Shown here piece after piece: positions 37,187 through 49,405 of a stretch of 64,000 nucleotides of DNA; the first letter of the stretch is position 1, and every line of letters starts with the position of its first letter. The notes beneath the pieces were generated by a model. The model made no database searches and was not told the DNA's origin. It was given only the letters and a program-made list of their open reading frames with translations. Made by a program: the position numbers and the translations under genes. The DNA comes from Eledone cirrhosa (lineage: Eukaryota): positions 380,866,001 through 380,930,000 of the forward strand of contig OZ024741.1 of NCBI GenBank assembly GCA_964016885.1, given 5' to 3'.

Positions 37187-40100
37187 GTAGGAGGTGAGTT
37201 TTATTGTATTACAATAAAGCAATGCAGATATCGGATAAGAAGCACTCTACAGTTTGTAGGACTGGAGTATACATAATATATAAGATCAAAAGATGGTTAA
37301 AGGAGTTCCATGTATTTTAAATCTTAAATTCAAGAGATACCCTTACAAAGGTCAAGTGCACCTTGTAAATCTCAAGAACACAATTTCTAACCTAAATTCC
37401 TCAAAAAATGTTTTAGTCCACTCTGACAAAACCAATAACTTATATGGTATTTCCAAGGATAATTATAACAACCTTATCCTAAAGGAATTTAGGAAAAAGT
37501 ATCGTAAAACCAACCATGAAAATTTAGAATACATAAACCTTGAAGCCTCTGAGATTATGTCAAAACTTGGCATTGAAAAAAAGACCGAACCATTCCTCCC
37601 GAGATTATGTCAAAACTTGGCATTGAAAAAAAGACCGAACCATTCCTCCCAAGAACTCCGAGGATAAATCTCAAGGATCACAAAAACAATTTTCGCACTG
37701 AACTACCTGTTAGATTAATCGCCCCCTCTAAATCTGATCTGGGGGTTGTTAGTAAAGCCATCTTGGATAGAATTATCCCACAGGTTAGTTCTAATTGCTC
37801 TTCTTTGAACCTAAATTTATGGTTTGGTACTTCTGAAGTGATTGGCTGGTTCAACAAATTGGATAATAAAAACAAACTAAAATTTATTCAATTTGATATT
37901 GCCAGCTACTATTCCTCCATTTCGCCTTCATTTCTCAATAATGCTCTATCTTTCGCACTTAAATATTCTGACATCACCACAGACGAACTTCACATCATCC
38001 TCACCGCACGTAAAACCATCCTAGAGTTCAACAACGAATATTGGACCAGAGCCGATACCTCTAACAACTTCGACATCACAATGGGAGCATCCGATTCATC
38101 CCAATTGACTGATTTAATTGGTATCTTTATTTTGAACTCTTTGAGTCGGAAAATTCCTCAACTTCGCGGTGGAATTTATCGTGACGATGGACTCTTTACT
38201 ATCTTAAATTGCAATATAGTTAACCTTAATATTATTAAGAACAATATACGTAATTTCTTTAACCAACATAACCTAAAAATTGAATTTGATAACAGTATCA
38301 AACTAGCTAATTTCTTGGATGTATCTCTTAATCTTGACACTGGCCTATATTACCCTTACCATAAAAACAATGAGAACCTAAATTATGTTAACTTTAAATC
38401 TAACCATCCTACCAATATCAAGAATGCTATAGTTAGTAATATTGGAAAAAGAATATCTAACATATCTTCTAATAAAAACATCTTTGATGCTAACGCCAAT
38501 TACTATAATAACGCACTTTCTAAAGCCGGCTATCCTGATAAAATCAAATATAGTAAAGAAGCAAATTCTAGAAAAACTTACAGTAGAATAATTAATCATG
38601 ATCATTCCAATAACTTTAATAAAAGACCTAGATACAAAAACATAATCTGGTATAATGCTCCTTTCTCCATCTGTATTAATAACAATATTCCTAAATTATT
38701 CTTTAGTGCCTTAAATAAATGCTTCCCTCCCTCACATATCTATAGTAAAATATTTAACAAACACACCATAAAATTTTCTTATTCTACATCCTCCAATATT
38801 TCCAACATTATCTCTAAACACAACAATAAAATACTAAATACTAAATCTCTTCCTTCCAACACTGAATTTCATAATAACAGTAATAGTACTCCCGACGTCA
38901 TTGTAAACCCTAGGCTAATTTCTGTAAACCCAAATACAACGTCAAACACAACTTCGCTAAATGTTCATAATCCAACTCTAAATCAAGAAACTTATTCCTA
39001 TCGCAAACAACTTCTCCAATCCAATTCCTTCTATAGATAACACTAGGTCACTCATTAATAATCTCTCTAATTGCAACTGCCCTATTAAAAATAAATGTCC
39101 TCTCAACAACCATTGTCTTGATAAAAACTTAATTTATGAACGTAAAGTTATAACTAGCACCAATTCCTTCACCTATTTTGGCTCCACTTCCACCTCTTTT
39201 AAAGCTCGTCTCTATAATCATCATTCATCTTTTAAATACAAACTTAAAAGAACCAACACGGCTCTCTCAGAACTCATATGGTCCTTGAAAGACAAAAACA
39301 TTAAATATACCATCTTTTGGAAGAAGGTTTCTTCTGCGTCCTCATACTTGAACAGCTCTCTATCTAAAATCTGTAATCTCTGCCTAAATGAAAAACTTAC
39401 CATTATCTCTAATCTAGATTCTATAATAAATAGACGTACAGATTTGTTTTCTATCTGCTTGCATAAATTCCATAAGACTTTTCACAAAGTATACAGCTAA
39501 TATTCAATTCTTTATCAATTTAGAATCTTTTCTCAAAGGCACATATACATACACTTCTTTTAAAATGTACCCATCTTCCTACCTTACTTCAAAGGGTATT
39601 ATACACTCTATAATACTTGTTTACTCATTACCCTCACTCTATCTTCACCTTGTAAAATCCTTCGTAACATATACATTTGTTTTGACGCCAGAGTATTCAT
39701 CCTTAATTTATTATTTTTTCTCCCCATCATCTAACTCATTCTTAATACATATTAACTCTTTCTTCGCACATATTATCAATTCCTTCAATATACAAACCTT
39801 AACTCCACATTATTTTTCTCAAATCCTTCAATACACAAACCTTAATAATTTTTTCTCTTCGTTAATTTTCAAATTTCCATAATACCTGTAAACATACACA
39901 CAATTTTTTTTGACGTTTGAATATTCGTCCACAATCCATTATTCTTTTTTCTCTCTATCATCAAACTTTTTAATCTCAATACATATTAACTCCCTCTCCT
40001 TCTTCGTACATATTTTTCCCTTCGTTAATTTTCAAATTCTTTTAATTTATACATTATCTTCCAACAGTTTTTAACCTCTCTATGTAAAACAATATATCTT

Positions 40101-40427
40101 CTCTCAGTTATAAAAACTATCTCTTTCTCTCTATCACCCATCTCTCCCTCTCCACCTTCACTCTCATCTCCTCCCCTTTTTTTCATCCTTTCCACTCCCC
40201 CTGTCTAAATAAAATATTTTTCCCAATATCACACATCAATCTAAAATTACTTTTCATATGTTGATCTAAAACTGCACTATCCACAAGTGTTTTTTAGCCT
40301 TCATATCATGTCCTCCTGTTTTATCTGATGAAAACACAAATATTATTATTGCATGATGATGTTTGTTTTTGAAATGCGCATAATAAAATACATGTAACTC
40401 CTTTAACCATCTTTTGATCTTATATAT

Positions 40428-40430
<3 letters not shown>
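37187..40430 (+). mobile_element. Naiad-like Penelope element, 5'-truncated, with an inverted pseudo-LTR end at its 5' side
   Basis: Inverted terminus 37187-37319. RT (DKTNNLY, LKDHKNNF, QFDIASYY, ITMGA, YRDDG, NFLDV) and GIY-YIG (CNC.IKNKCPL..CL..NLIY, CNLCLNEK). 3'UTR with HHR. Frameshifts at the 37551-37650 duplication and at ~38990. Confidence 0.93.
40318..40389 (+). ncRNA. Type-I hammerhead (family A) in the Naiad 3' pseudo-LTR
   Basis: gttttat-CTGATGA(40325)-stem II-GAAA(40371)-TGCGCA-TA^ataaaat. Confidence 0.85.
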
Positions 40431-40460
<30 letters not shown>

Positions 40461-40568
40461 TTATATATATATATATATATATTTTTATATATAGATATAT
40501 TTAGGTTTTTTTGTGTGCATTTGGTCATTTATTAACATTATCATTATTATTATTATTATTTTTATTTA

Positions 40569-40760
40569 AGGGCGGTGGATTGGCAGTATCGGTAGAGAGT
40601 CGGACGCCATGCTTTCCAGCATAGTTACGTCCCTTTACGATCTGAGTTCAAATCCCGCCGCGGTTGACTTTGCCTTTCATCCTTACGGGGTCGATAAAAT
40701 AAAGTACCAGTAATGCACTGGGTAATTGCTGGCCTTGTGCCTAAAGTAGAAACAATTATT
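40569..40760 (+). mobile_element. Intact tRNA-derived SINE
   Basis: A box TGGCAGTATCGG, B box GTTCAAATCC, body gactttgcctttcatcct..ggggtcgataaaataaagtaccagt, (ATT)n tail. Inserted in an (ATT)n tract. Confidence 0.9.
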
Positions 40761-41144
40761 ATTATTTTTATTATTTTTATTTTTATTTTAAATTTTGCCT
40801 TCTTGTATCGCTGTCAGCTTAATAACATTTTTTTATATTTTTTATTTTTTATTTTTTATTTTCTTAAGCCTTATTTGCTTATTTGCTTATTTGTGTGTGC
40901 ATATGTATCCTTTTATATGTGAGTACGTATGCATGTGTGTATATATGTGTGTATGTATGTGCGTGAGTATGCATGTATGTATGTGTATGTATATGTATAT
41001 GTATATGTATATATATATATATATCAATATATATATGTATATATATATGTTTGTGCATGTATATATATATGTGTATATGTGTATATATATATATGTATAT
41101 ATGTATGTGTATATGTATCTCTGTGTATATATGTGTATATATGC

Positions 41145-41176
<32 letters not shown>

Positions 41177-41338
41177 GTGTATATGTGAGTGTGTGTGCGT
41201 GTGTGTGTACCTGTGTGTTGTTATATATTCTGATTTATTATTCTTTCCCCCATCCCCCTTTTTTTCCCTCCAGCCTCACTTTCATATCTGTTATATTTTT
41301 GTTTTTCAAATCCACTGTCAATAAAGACACCAGGATTT

Positions 41339-41398
41339 TTTCATTCTGGTGAATGAAAGTAATTTTGGTTGCTTTCAAGAAACCACTGGTAAATTAAA
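41339..41398 (+). ncRNA. Hammerhead-like motif, family B (CUGGUGA core)
   Basis: tttcatt-CTGGTGA-atgaaagtaa..ttgctttcaa-GAAAC-cactg-GTA-aattaaa. Confidence 0.6.
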
Positions 41399-41518
41399 TA
41401 ATTATCTTATGTTGTTTATTACATAACTAATAAGCTCTGTAAATTACATAGAGCACTCATTTTTCCTGGACCTTTCCGACGGAATTACTTCATTTATATA
41501 TATATATATATATATAAA

Positions 41519-42413
41519 TATATTGTTATACTTGGGGAGGGTCATATTTGTGTAAAATTGCCAGAATTAATAACAGAACACACTCACTGTTTGGTTGGTT
41601 TTCGCTTTTCGGTTCTGTGTCTTTTATATCGGGAATCTAATTTATTCGGTCCTCAATGTTGCCATTGACATGTTGCCATACGAACATGCCAGACAACAAC
41701 ACGACCGTAATATAGACAACATAGAAATTAGAATAATATCTAAACATAGAAATGACCCAGCAGATAGGCAAATCAGAGAGGCGAGTGAAATAGAACTTAG
41801 AAGGCCAAGACTAAACAGAAATAATGAATGGAATAACAACAACACCCAAACAAACAACACTGACCTAAGAGAATTATAAATAAATAAATAGATAAATAAA
41901 TAAATAAATACATACACAAGCACAATAACAACAAACACATATAAACACACACTAGTAAATATAGAATACCTTAACCAATACACAGTCACCCAATCACGAA
42001 CACACATCAAACAAAACACGATACACACACGCAAACGCATGCGCAAAGAAGACAAAATAAAATAAATATATAAACATTCTAAATAAAGATGGTGTAGAAA
42101 ATACAATGCAACGGGAGGAAACAATAGCACCACTGACCATGTTTCAGATGTGCAACGAAAGAACTTTGATAAACTATATATATGTGTTTGTGTCTATATT
42201 GTATCTGTATTTTTGACCGTTGGTCAGTCAATGGCAACATTGAGGACCGAATAAATTAGATTACCGATATAAAAGAAACAGAAGCGAAAAGCGAAAACCA
42301 ACCAAACAGTGAGTGTGTTCTGTTATTAATTCTGGCAATATTACACAAATATGACCCTCCCCAAGTATAACAATATTTGTTTCGACACACAATTTCATAT
42401 CAAAAACCTCGCA

Positions 42414-42415
<2 letters not shown>
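41519..42415 (+). mobile_element. Short 5'-truncated PLE with an inverted pseudo-LTR
   Basis: 41519-41669 is inverted relative to 42227-42377. The middle encodes a GIY-YIG C-terminus (YEHARQQH...RQIREASEIELRRPRLNR). Tail to 42415. Confidence 0.82.
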
Positions 42416-42499
<84 letters not shown>

Positions 42500-42500
42500 C

Positions 42501-42533
<33 letters not shown>

Positions 42534-42580
42534 CATATATATATACATATATATACATATATATATATATACATATATAC

Positions 42581-42659
<79 letters not shown>

Positions 42660-42664
42660 CATAT

Positions 42665-42699
<35 letters not shown>

Positions 42700-42792
42700 C
42701 ATATATATATACATATATATATACATATATACATATATACATATATATATATATATACATATATATAAATATATATACATATATATATATAC
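42415..42792. repeat. (TA)n/(TACA) compound microsatellite
   Basis: Direct inspection. Confidence 0.95.
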
Positions 42793-43372
42793 AGAGAATT
42801 AGTATATTTACCAACATATGCGTACAGATGTACACTAATGCTAGCAAATACATAAGTTATGTCATAGTACCTAGGTAGTTCAATGCAGGAGGATGCAGAA
42901 CAATTATATTAAATACGTAAAATAAGAAAATTTTAAAAATTAAAAATTAACTTACTTACTACAAATTATTTATTTGTTGAGCAAACCTGCCAAATCCACT
43001 ACTAACTCATTGTAGTGGTAGTAGGCTTTTCTCATTTTACCACCCCACTCCTTCCGACTAGCCTCAGTATCACGTGATTGATTCTTTAGAATCTGCCATT
43101 TGACCAGAGACAGTGAACTTTTTCAGTGCTTTGGAATTTAGTCCCCGCTAGCTGTTCCATCCACCGAATTATTATTATTTTTATATGAGTCCCTAGTGTC
43201 CGCGCATTGCCTGGAGACTTAGCTGAGAATAGACTCCCTGATGACGTAATGAATTCTCGATGGTTAAATTGCGTAACTATCTTTATCCCATTACAGAAAC
43301 TAATTAGTTGGAGTGAAAATTTTAGTAAGTAAGTTAATTTTTAATTTTTAAAATTTTCTTATTTTACGTCTT
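42793..43372 (+). mobile_element. Non-coding HHR-bearing cassette with ~48-bp inverted ends and a one-sided tail
   Basis: 42914-42961 is inverted relative to 43323-43369. Tail at 42793-42913. (TA)n on both sides. Confidence 0.8.
43233..43314 (+). ncRNA. Type-I hammerhead (family C)
   Basis: actcc-CTGATGA-c.gtaatg...cattac.a-GAAA-CTAATTAG-TT^ggagt. Palindromic stem III. Confidence 0.8.
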
Positions 43373-43388
43373 TCATATATATATATAC

Positions 43389-43476
<88 letters not shown>

Positions 43477-45075
43477 GAGTCCCCCGCTCCATTATCTGGT
43501 GGGCTCTTAGAAAACTAGGCGTTGACGAATGGCTTGTGAGGGCTATACAAGCCATGTATAAAGAAACAGTCAGCAAGGTTAGAATTAACAACGAATATAG
43601 TGAAGAGTTTAGCGTAAAAGTTGGCGTCCATCAGGGCTCTGTTCTCAGCCCCCTACTATTTATTATTGCCCTTCAGGCTATAACAGAGGAGTTCAAGACC
43701 GGCTGCCCATGGGAACTCCTATATGCAGACGACCTGACACTCATGGCGGAATCAATGGCCGAGCTAGAGAAGAAATTCCAAACATGGAAGCACGGCCTAG
43801 AATCAAAAGGACTTAAAATTAACCTGGCTAAATCTAATGTTCTAGTTTGTAGGAAAGAAAATAAGGCGGCGGTCCCTTCTGGGAAATGGTCGTGCTCGGT
43901 GTGTAGGAAAGGCGTAGGTAGAAACTCCATTTTATGTCCTAAATGCAAAGTATGGGTGCATAAAAGATGTAGTGGGATCACAGGTAAGCTAACTAAGAAC
44001 ATAGATTTTATATGTGGCCGGTGCTCTGGTGCAATAAGTAGCAGCAAGTGCCCACAAAATACTAGCTCTTTCAATTGCGCAGAGGATTCTATAGAAATAG
44101 TGGACAGCTTCCGTTACCTGGGCGATAAAATCAGCAGTGGGGGAGGGTGCTCTGAAAGTACAGTAGCTAGAGTCAGAACTGGTTGGAAAAAGTTCAGAGA
44201 GCTTATACCACTATTAGCTGCTAAAGGGTTCTCCCTAAAAATGAAAGGCAGGTTGTACGATGCCTGCATACGAACAGCAATGTTGCATGGCAGTGAGACC
44301 TGGGCATTGTGTGCAGAGGATATACGCAGACTAGAGAGGAACGAAGCTTGCATGTTCCGCTGGATGTGTAACAGTAATATACGTGAACGGCAAAGTATAA
44401 ACGAACTAAGGAAAAAATTAGAAATAAGAGGGATCAGATGTTGTTTACTCGAGAGAAGGCTACGTTGGTATGGACACGTGATGCGCATGAAAGTCGATAG
44501 CTGTATAACAAAGTGCAGGGCAATAAAGATAGACGGTAGCCACGGAATAGGCAGACCTAGAAAAACCTGGGACGAGCTGATAAACTCCCACCTCACACAC
44601 TTACACCTCCCCAAGACAATGTCACTGGACCGAGACCTTTGGCGGTACTCAGTAACAGAGAAGACCCGCCTTACCTAAATACATAGTAAAACCTACTACA
44701 GCCAGTAGGCATCTCTAACAAAATACACCCCGTCCCACCACCACCACCCCCACCCCATCCACACCACCCCGTTCTATGTAAAGTTATGTTCGTGCCGCGC
44801 CATCCAGGCCGAAACAAATGAGATCGTGTAGGTGTCACGACAAAAAAACACACAGTCCACGCTGTAATGTGGCCGTGTAGGCAACACGGTAAAAACCTCC
44901 CAGACCCACACTGTAAATGTGGTTGGTGTTAGGAAGGGCATCCAACTGTAGAAAACCTACCAGACAGTCCTATGCGAGCAAGACAATCACTCTTGCCTCA
45001 AGTGGGACTACCCCCGTCCAAACCCATGCAAGCGTGGAACACGGACGTTAAACGTTGATGATAATGATGATGATG
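43477..45075 (+). mobile_element. Young 5'-truncated RTE LINE (uninterrupted RT C-terminal half with PHD insert, ORF to 44678)
   Basis: GVHQGSVLSPLLF, LLYADDL, C4HC3 finger, FRYLG, LHGSETW, RRLRWYGHVMR, GRPRKTW; (GAT)n tail. Confidence 0.95.
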
Positions 45076-45220
45076 CAAAAAAGCACCCAGCACTCACTGT
45101 AAATGAGGTTGGTGTTAGGAAGGGCATCCAGCTGTAGAAATCAAGCCAAAATCAGTTCCCGTCCTACCCTTGCAAGCAGGGAAAAAGTGGACGTAAAATG
45201 AAATGATGATGATGATGATA
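45076..45220 (+). mobile_element. RTE 3'-end fragment (subfamily of 52405-54988)
   Basis: Near-identical to 54790-54873, followed by a (GAT)n tail. Confidence 0.8.
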
Positions 45221-45221
45221 T

Positions 45222-45664
45222 ATAAATCCGCCTCTTCATTGCTGTAGTGGAGTCTGTGCTGCTGTATGGGTCTGAGACTTGGACACTGACCAAGAAACTC
45301 ACTCAGATGGTGGATGGGTGCTACATGAGAATGCTGAGGATGGCTCTGAACATTAATCAGTATACACTGAGGATGAAAAACTCAGAGCTGTATGGGAGCA
45401 TCCCAAAAGTCAGCTCAAAAGTGACGCAGAGGAGACTGAGGTTAGCTGGACATGCTCACCGACATCCAGAGTTGACATTGCACTCAGTACTCCTTTGGAA
45501 GCCCCTACATGGAGACACTAGAAGAGGAAGACCAAGGTTAACGTATGTCGATGCCCTCAGGACAGACACTGGTCTGTTGGAGATGCAGGACATGGCAGCG
45601 ATAATGAGGGACAGAGACCGCTGGAGAGAACTCGTCCATGGATCTCGGGAAATTTACCCGCCTT

Positions 45665-45666
<2 letters not shown>
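45222..45666 (+). mobile_element. 3' fragment of a different RTE-group LINE
   Basis: VESVLLYGSETWTLT...RRLRLAGHAHRH...RRGRPRLTYVD. Confidence 0.88.
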
Positions 45667-45710
<44 letters not shown>

Positions 45711-45714
<4 letters not shown>

Positions 45715-45920
45715 TAGTCCAGAATTAGCCGTCGAAACGGCTTGAGCTCAGCCGTCGGGGCCCTACTCATTCCTATTATATATATATATATAGGAAAATG
45801 TTCAAGACCCCGATGGACAGAGGTCTTGAACATTTTCCTATTACCCACTCTACTACCCTAAGTATTGAATACTCTGGTGCGTTATGGTTCATCTGGTTCC
45901 TTAAGACACTTACTTCGTTA
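45711..45920. mobile_element. Pseudo-LTR fragments of the 32296-32490 family: half HHR plus a small fold-back with tail
   Basis: gaattagccgtc-GAAAC-ggcttgagctcagcc-GTC-gggg. Palindrome at 45791-45840. 45830-45920 is homologous to the reverse of 32296-32392. Confidence 0.8.
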
Positions 45921-45929
45921 TATATATAT

Positions 45930-46005
<76 letters not shown>

Positions 46006-48610
46006 GTTTTGTGTATGTATGTATGTAAAAGGAAAACAGAAACAACAACACAATCGGGACAGTATATGGCAGGAATATATTAGGTTAACGGTTGAAATGG
46101 CAGGAAGTGGGTCTTAACCTTTTGGATGCTAGTCCTTCGTCAGAAGAAACAATGAGAAATAAGATAACTTGAAGGGACGGGCGGGACGGAATGGAAAAAA
46201 TGTCTTTAGATGAAAATAACAGGTCCATATACATACATCTGTACATACATATATGAAAATATTTATTCTGAATAAAACCTGATCAAGATCATGACAACTC
46301 ATCCAACACATGCCAACATGGGAAAATTGAGGTAAAGAAATGACATTTACAGCTCACTCCAATACATATTTAGCTAAAAGGTGGTAGGTCATAGGAGGTT
46401 TTGTATGTGTTTTAATAATGGGAGCCTCATTTCTATAAAGAATAGAAAACAAAACAAAATGAACTTTGTTGCTCAAGAACAGAAACCACAGCCCATTCTA
46501 AAAGCCCACAATTTTATGATAATTAATCCAGCACCCTAACCAATAAGCTTTGCATCTTCATGATGTTGTTGATTCAGGAGATGATTAAGAGGATGATGAT
46601 GGTGATAATTATGGTGGTACTGGGAATAATATTGATGATGATGATATATATTTTCAGTTACTTAGTGGCCAGTCAGGTTTCAGATACGTTCAATAAGAAA
46701 GTGACTCTAAATTTCCATGCTTAAAAGAATCCCTCAAAGAATGCAATTATTGGTACCAAATTCTATGAACATTACTTCTGAAATAGCCAACACTGGATAA
46801 TTTTATCCAATATTAGAGTGCAGATTAAAAGAGATTTAGCTGCTTTTTCTAGTAGATTTATTGACCATATTCAAGCTTCTTTATTGCTATCAATGGCACA
46901 TCTTAAAGATTTTTTGTTTTATATATATATACTTTTTTTTTTGCTTTTTACTTATTAACCAGCATTGAAAACTATTTATATAAAAGGCTAAAGATATTGA
47001 AAAAATATGAATGTGGAAATGTTTAAAAAGCATAATAAATGTGATTAGATAGTCATAAGTGGTATGATATTTCCTCTAGTGCAAAAGTGCTGAAAGGTCA
47101 AGGTTGTCTCATGTAGTTTGTATTAATGTGACTCATTTAAATGATGTGGTGCAGTAACCTTGTTACTTGGTAGGCAATGACTCCAGATGTCTCCACCGCA
47201 ACAGGTACAAAATTGTATGTGTTAACCAGAAAACTGATGCTTGGCCACTTTTATCACATTTATATGTGAATGGGGATGGAGTCAAGTTGCATTCGATATG
47301 TAAATAGATAGGGAAAAAGACAGTAGTTTTGATTTTGTTGAAATTTGAAGAAGATATTACTGTTGCAATCATCTTATCATAGCCAATGAAGGAACTTATA
47401 ACCATTTGGTTGCTGATAGAAAGAGCAACCATTTCTTCTTCAAATTAAGTAGTAGTTTCTTTTTTAGGAAAAGAAAGAACACATTAAATAGTGTATTCTT
47501 AGATGACATTAAAAGGATGGAATGGTCATGGTTGAAATGCTTTTGACCATAGTTCTGCTCAAGGAGAACTGACCCAATGTTAATAAAAAAAAAATGAATA
47601 AATAAATAGAAATGTTGGCCAATTTCAACCATCTTCTAAAGGTTGTTATTAGAAAAGGCATCCATCCATATAAACTATACCAATAATGGAATATATGAGC
47701 AAAACATGATTACTTGACCAGCCTAACCTCATAACATGTCAGTCTGTCTAATCTATGCAAAAATGAAATTAGATGTTAAATAATAAAGATAATAATGGCA
47801 AAATAAATACACACATGAAGCAAAACATACAACGTAATGCAGTTTCATATCTCTAAACACTGATACTCAGTAGATATTAAGGATTTTGAAATACTATTTC
47901 CTCCCTATAAGAAACTTGATCAATTTTGTGGTTAATAAGGTTTGAACTTGTTTTAAACTAAGTGATTTAAGTAAGGTAGGTGAATGAATGCCAAAATAAC
48001 TTCTGATTAAGAATGTCAAGTTTCCCAACTGTCAAAATAATGTAGGAATCCCTATATCTAGTTAATGCAGTAACAGATTAAAACTAATCTAAAAGCTGAA
48101 TACAAATTACATTAGGTTGCTGAAACACTGAAATAAAATAGCATTAATAGAAACCCCTGAAAAAAGAACACTTATGAGATGCATATTAGAGACTAGAGGT
48201 TTCATCCTTCCATTTATTTCAGTTTTCTTTCTTATCCTTATTATAGTCTGTAGAAGATTGTCTTTGTCTTTTCTGAATTATTATTGATATATTTTTTATT
48301 TATTTCTTTTAGTTTCCATGGATGATTTTAACAATATATAATTTTACTTCTTGTGGTTTAATATTTCTTTGGTGCCAGCTTGGTGCAAAGTATATATAAT
48401 CACAGATCAATATTATTATTATTATTATTTTGTTTTTGCCTATTGAATTTTTCTTTGCTTTCTCTGTCAGCTCAATACAACAATAACCTCAATATGTAAT
48501 ATTTGAACTATATCTTACCTGCTTAACCCCCTAACTATCATGAGTAATATACACACAGGCACACAAATATAACGAAAATGATGAAGATAATATATATATA
48601 TGTATATATA

Positions 48611-49386
48611 TCATCATCATCATCATCATCATCATCAACGTTTAACGTCCGTGTTCCACGCTTGCATGGGTTTGGACGGGGGTAGTCCCACTTGAGGCAA
48701 GAGTGATTGTCTTGCTCGCATAGGACTGTCTGGCAGGTTTTCTACAGTTGGATGCCCTTCCTAACACCAACCACATTTACAGTGTGGGTCTGGGAGGTTT
48801 TTACCGTGTTGCCTACACGGCCACATTACAGCGTGGACTGTGTGTTTTTTTGTCGTGACACCTACACGATCTCATTTGTTTCGGCCTGGATGGCGCGGCA
48901 CCAACATAACTTTACATAGAACGGGGTGGTGTGGATGGGTGGGGGTGGTGGCGGGACGGGGTGTATTTTGTTAGAGATGCCTACTGGCAAGGCGGGTCTT
49001 CTCTGTTACTGAGTACCGTCAAAGGTCTCGGTCAAGTGACATTGTCTTGGAGAGGTGTAAGTGTGTGAGGTCGGAGTTTATCAGCTCGTCCCAGGTTTTT
49101 CTAGGTCTGCCTATTCCGTGGCTACCGTCTATCTTTATTGCCCTGCACTTTGTTATACAGCTATCGACTTTCATGCGCATCACGTGTCCATACCAACGTA
49201 GCCTTCTCTCGAGTAAACAACATCTGATCCCTCTTATCTCTAATTTTTTCCTTAGTTCGTTTATGCTTTGCCGTTCACGTATATTACTGTTACACATCCA
49301 GCGGAGCATGCAAGCTTCGTTCCTCTCTAGTCTGCGTATATCCTCTGCACACAATGCCCAGGTCTCACTGCCATGCAACATTGCTG
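48611..49386 (-). mobile_element. RTE 3' fragment, near-identical to 44275-45075
   Basis: TAMLHGSETW...GRPRKTW and the same 3'UTR, with a ~28-bp deletion at ~48988. Confidence 0.93.
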
Positions 49387-49405
49387 TATATATATATATA
49401 TATAT

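Larger units (their letters stand above)
40480..41495 (+). mobile_element. PLE 3'UTR/pseudo-LTR (family B) with tail
   Basis: Homologous to 29405-30790, with an extra tail at 41430-41495 related to 29203-29280. Ends in (TA)n. Confidence 0.75.

Noticed and set aside
40569-40660. tRNA gene
   Set aside because: The A and B boxes belong to a SINE head. No cloverleaf, and it is followed by a SINE body and an (ATT)n tail.
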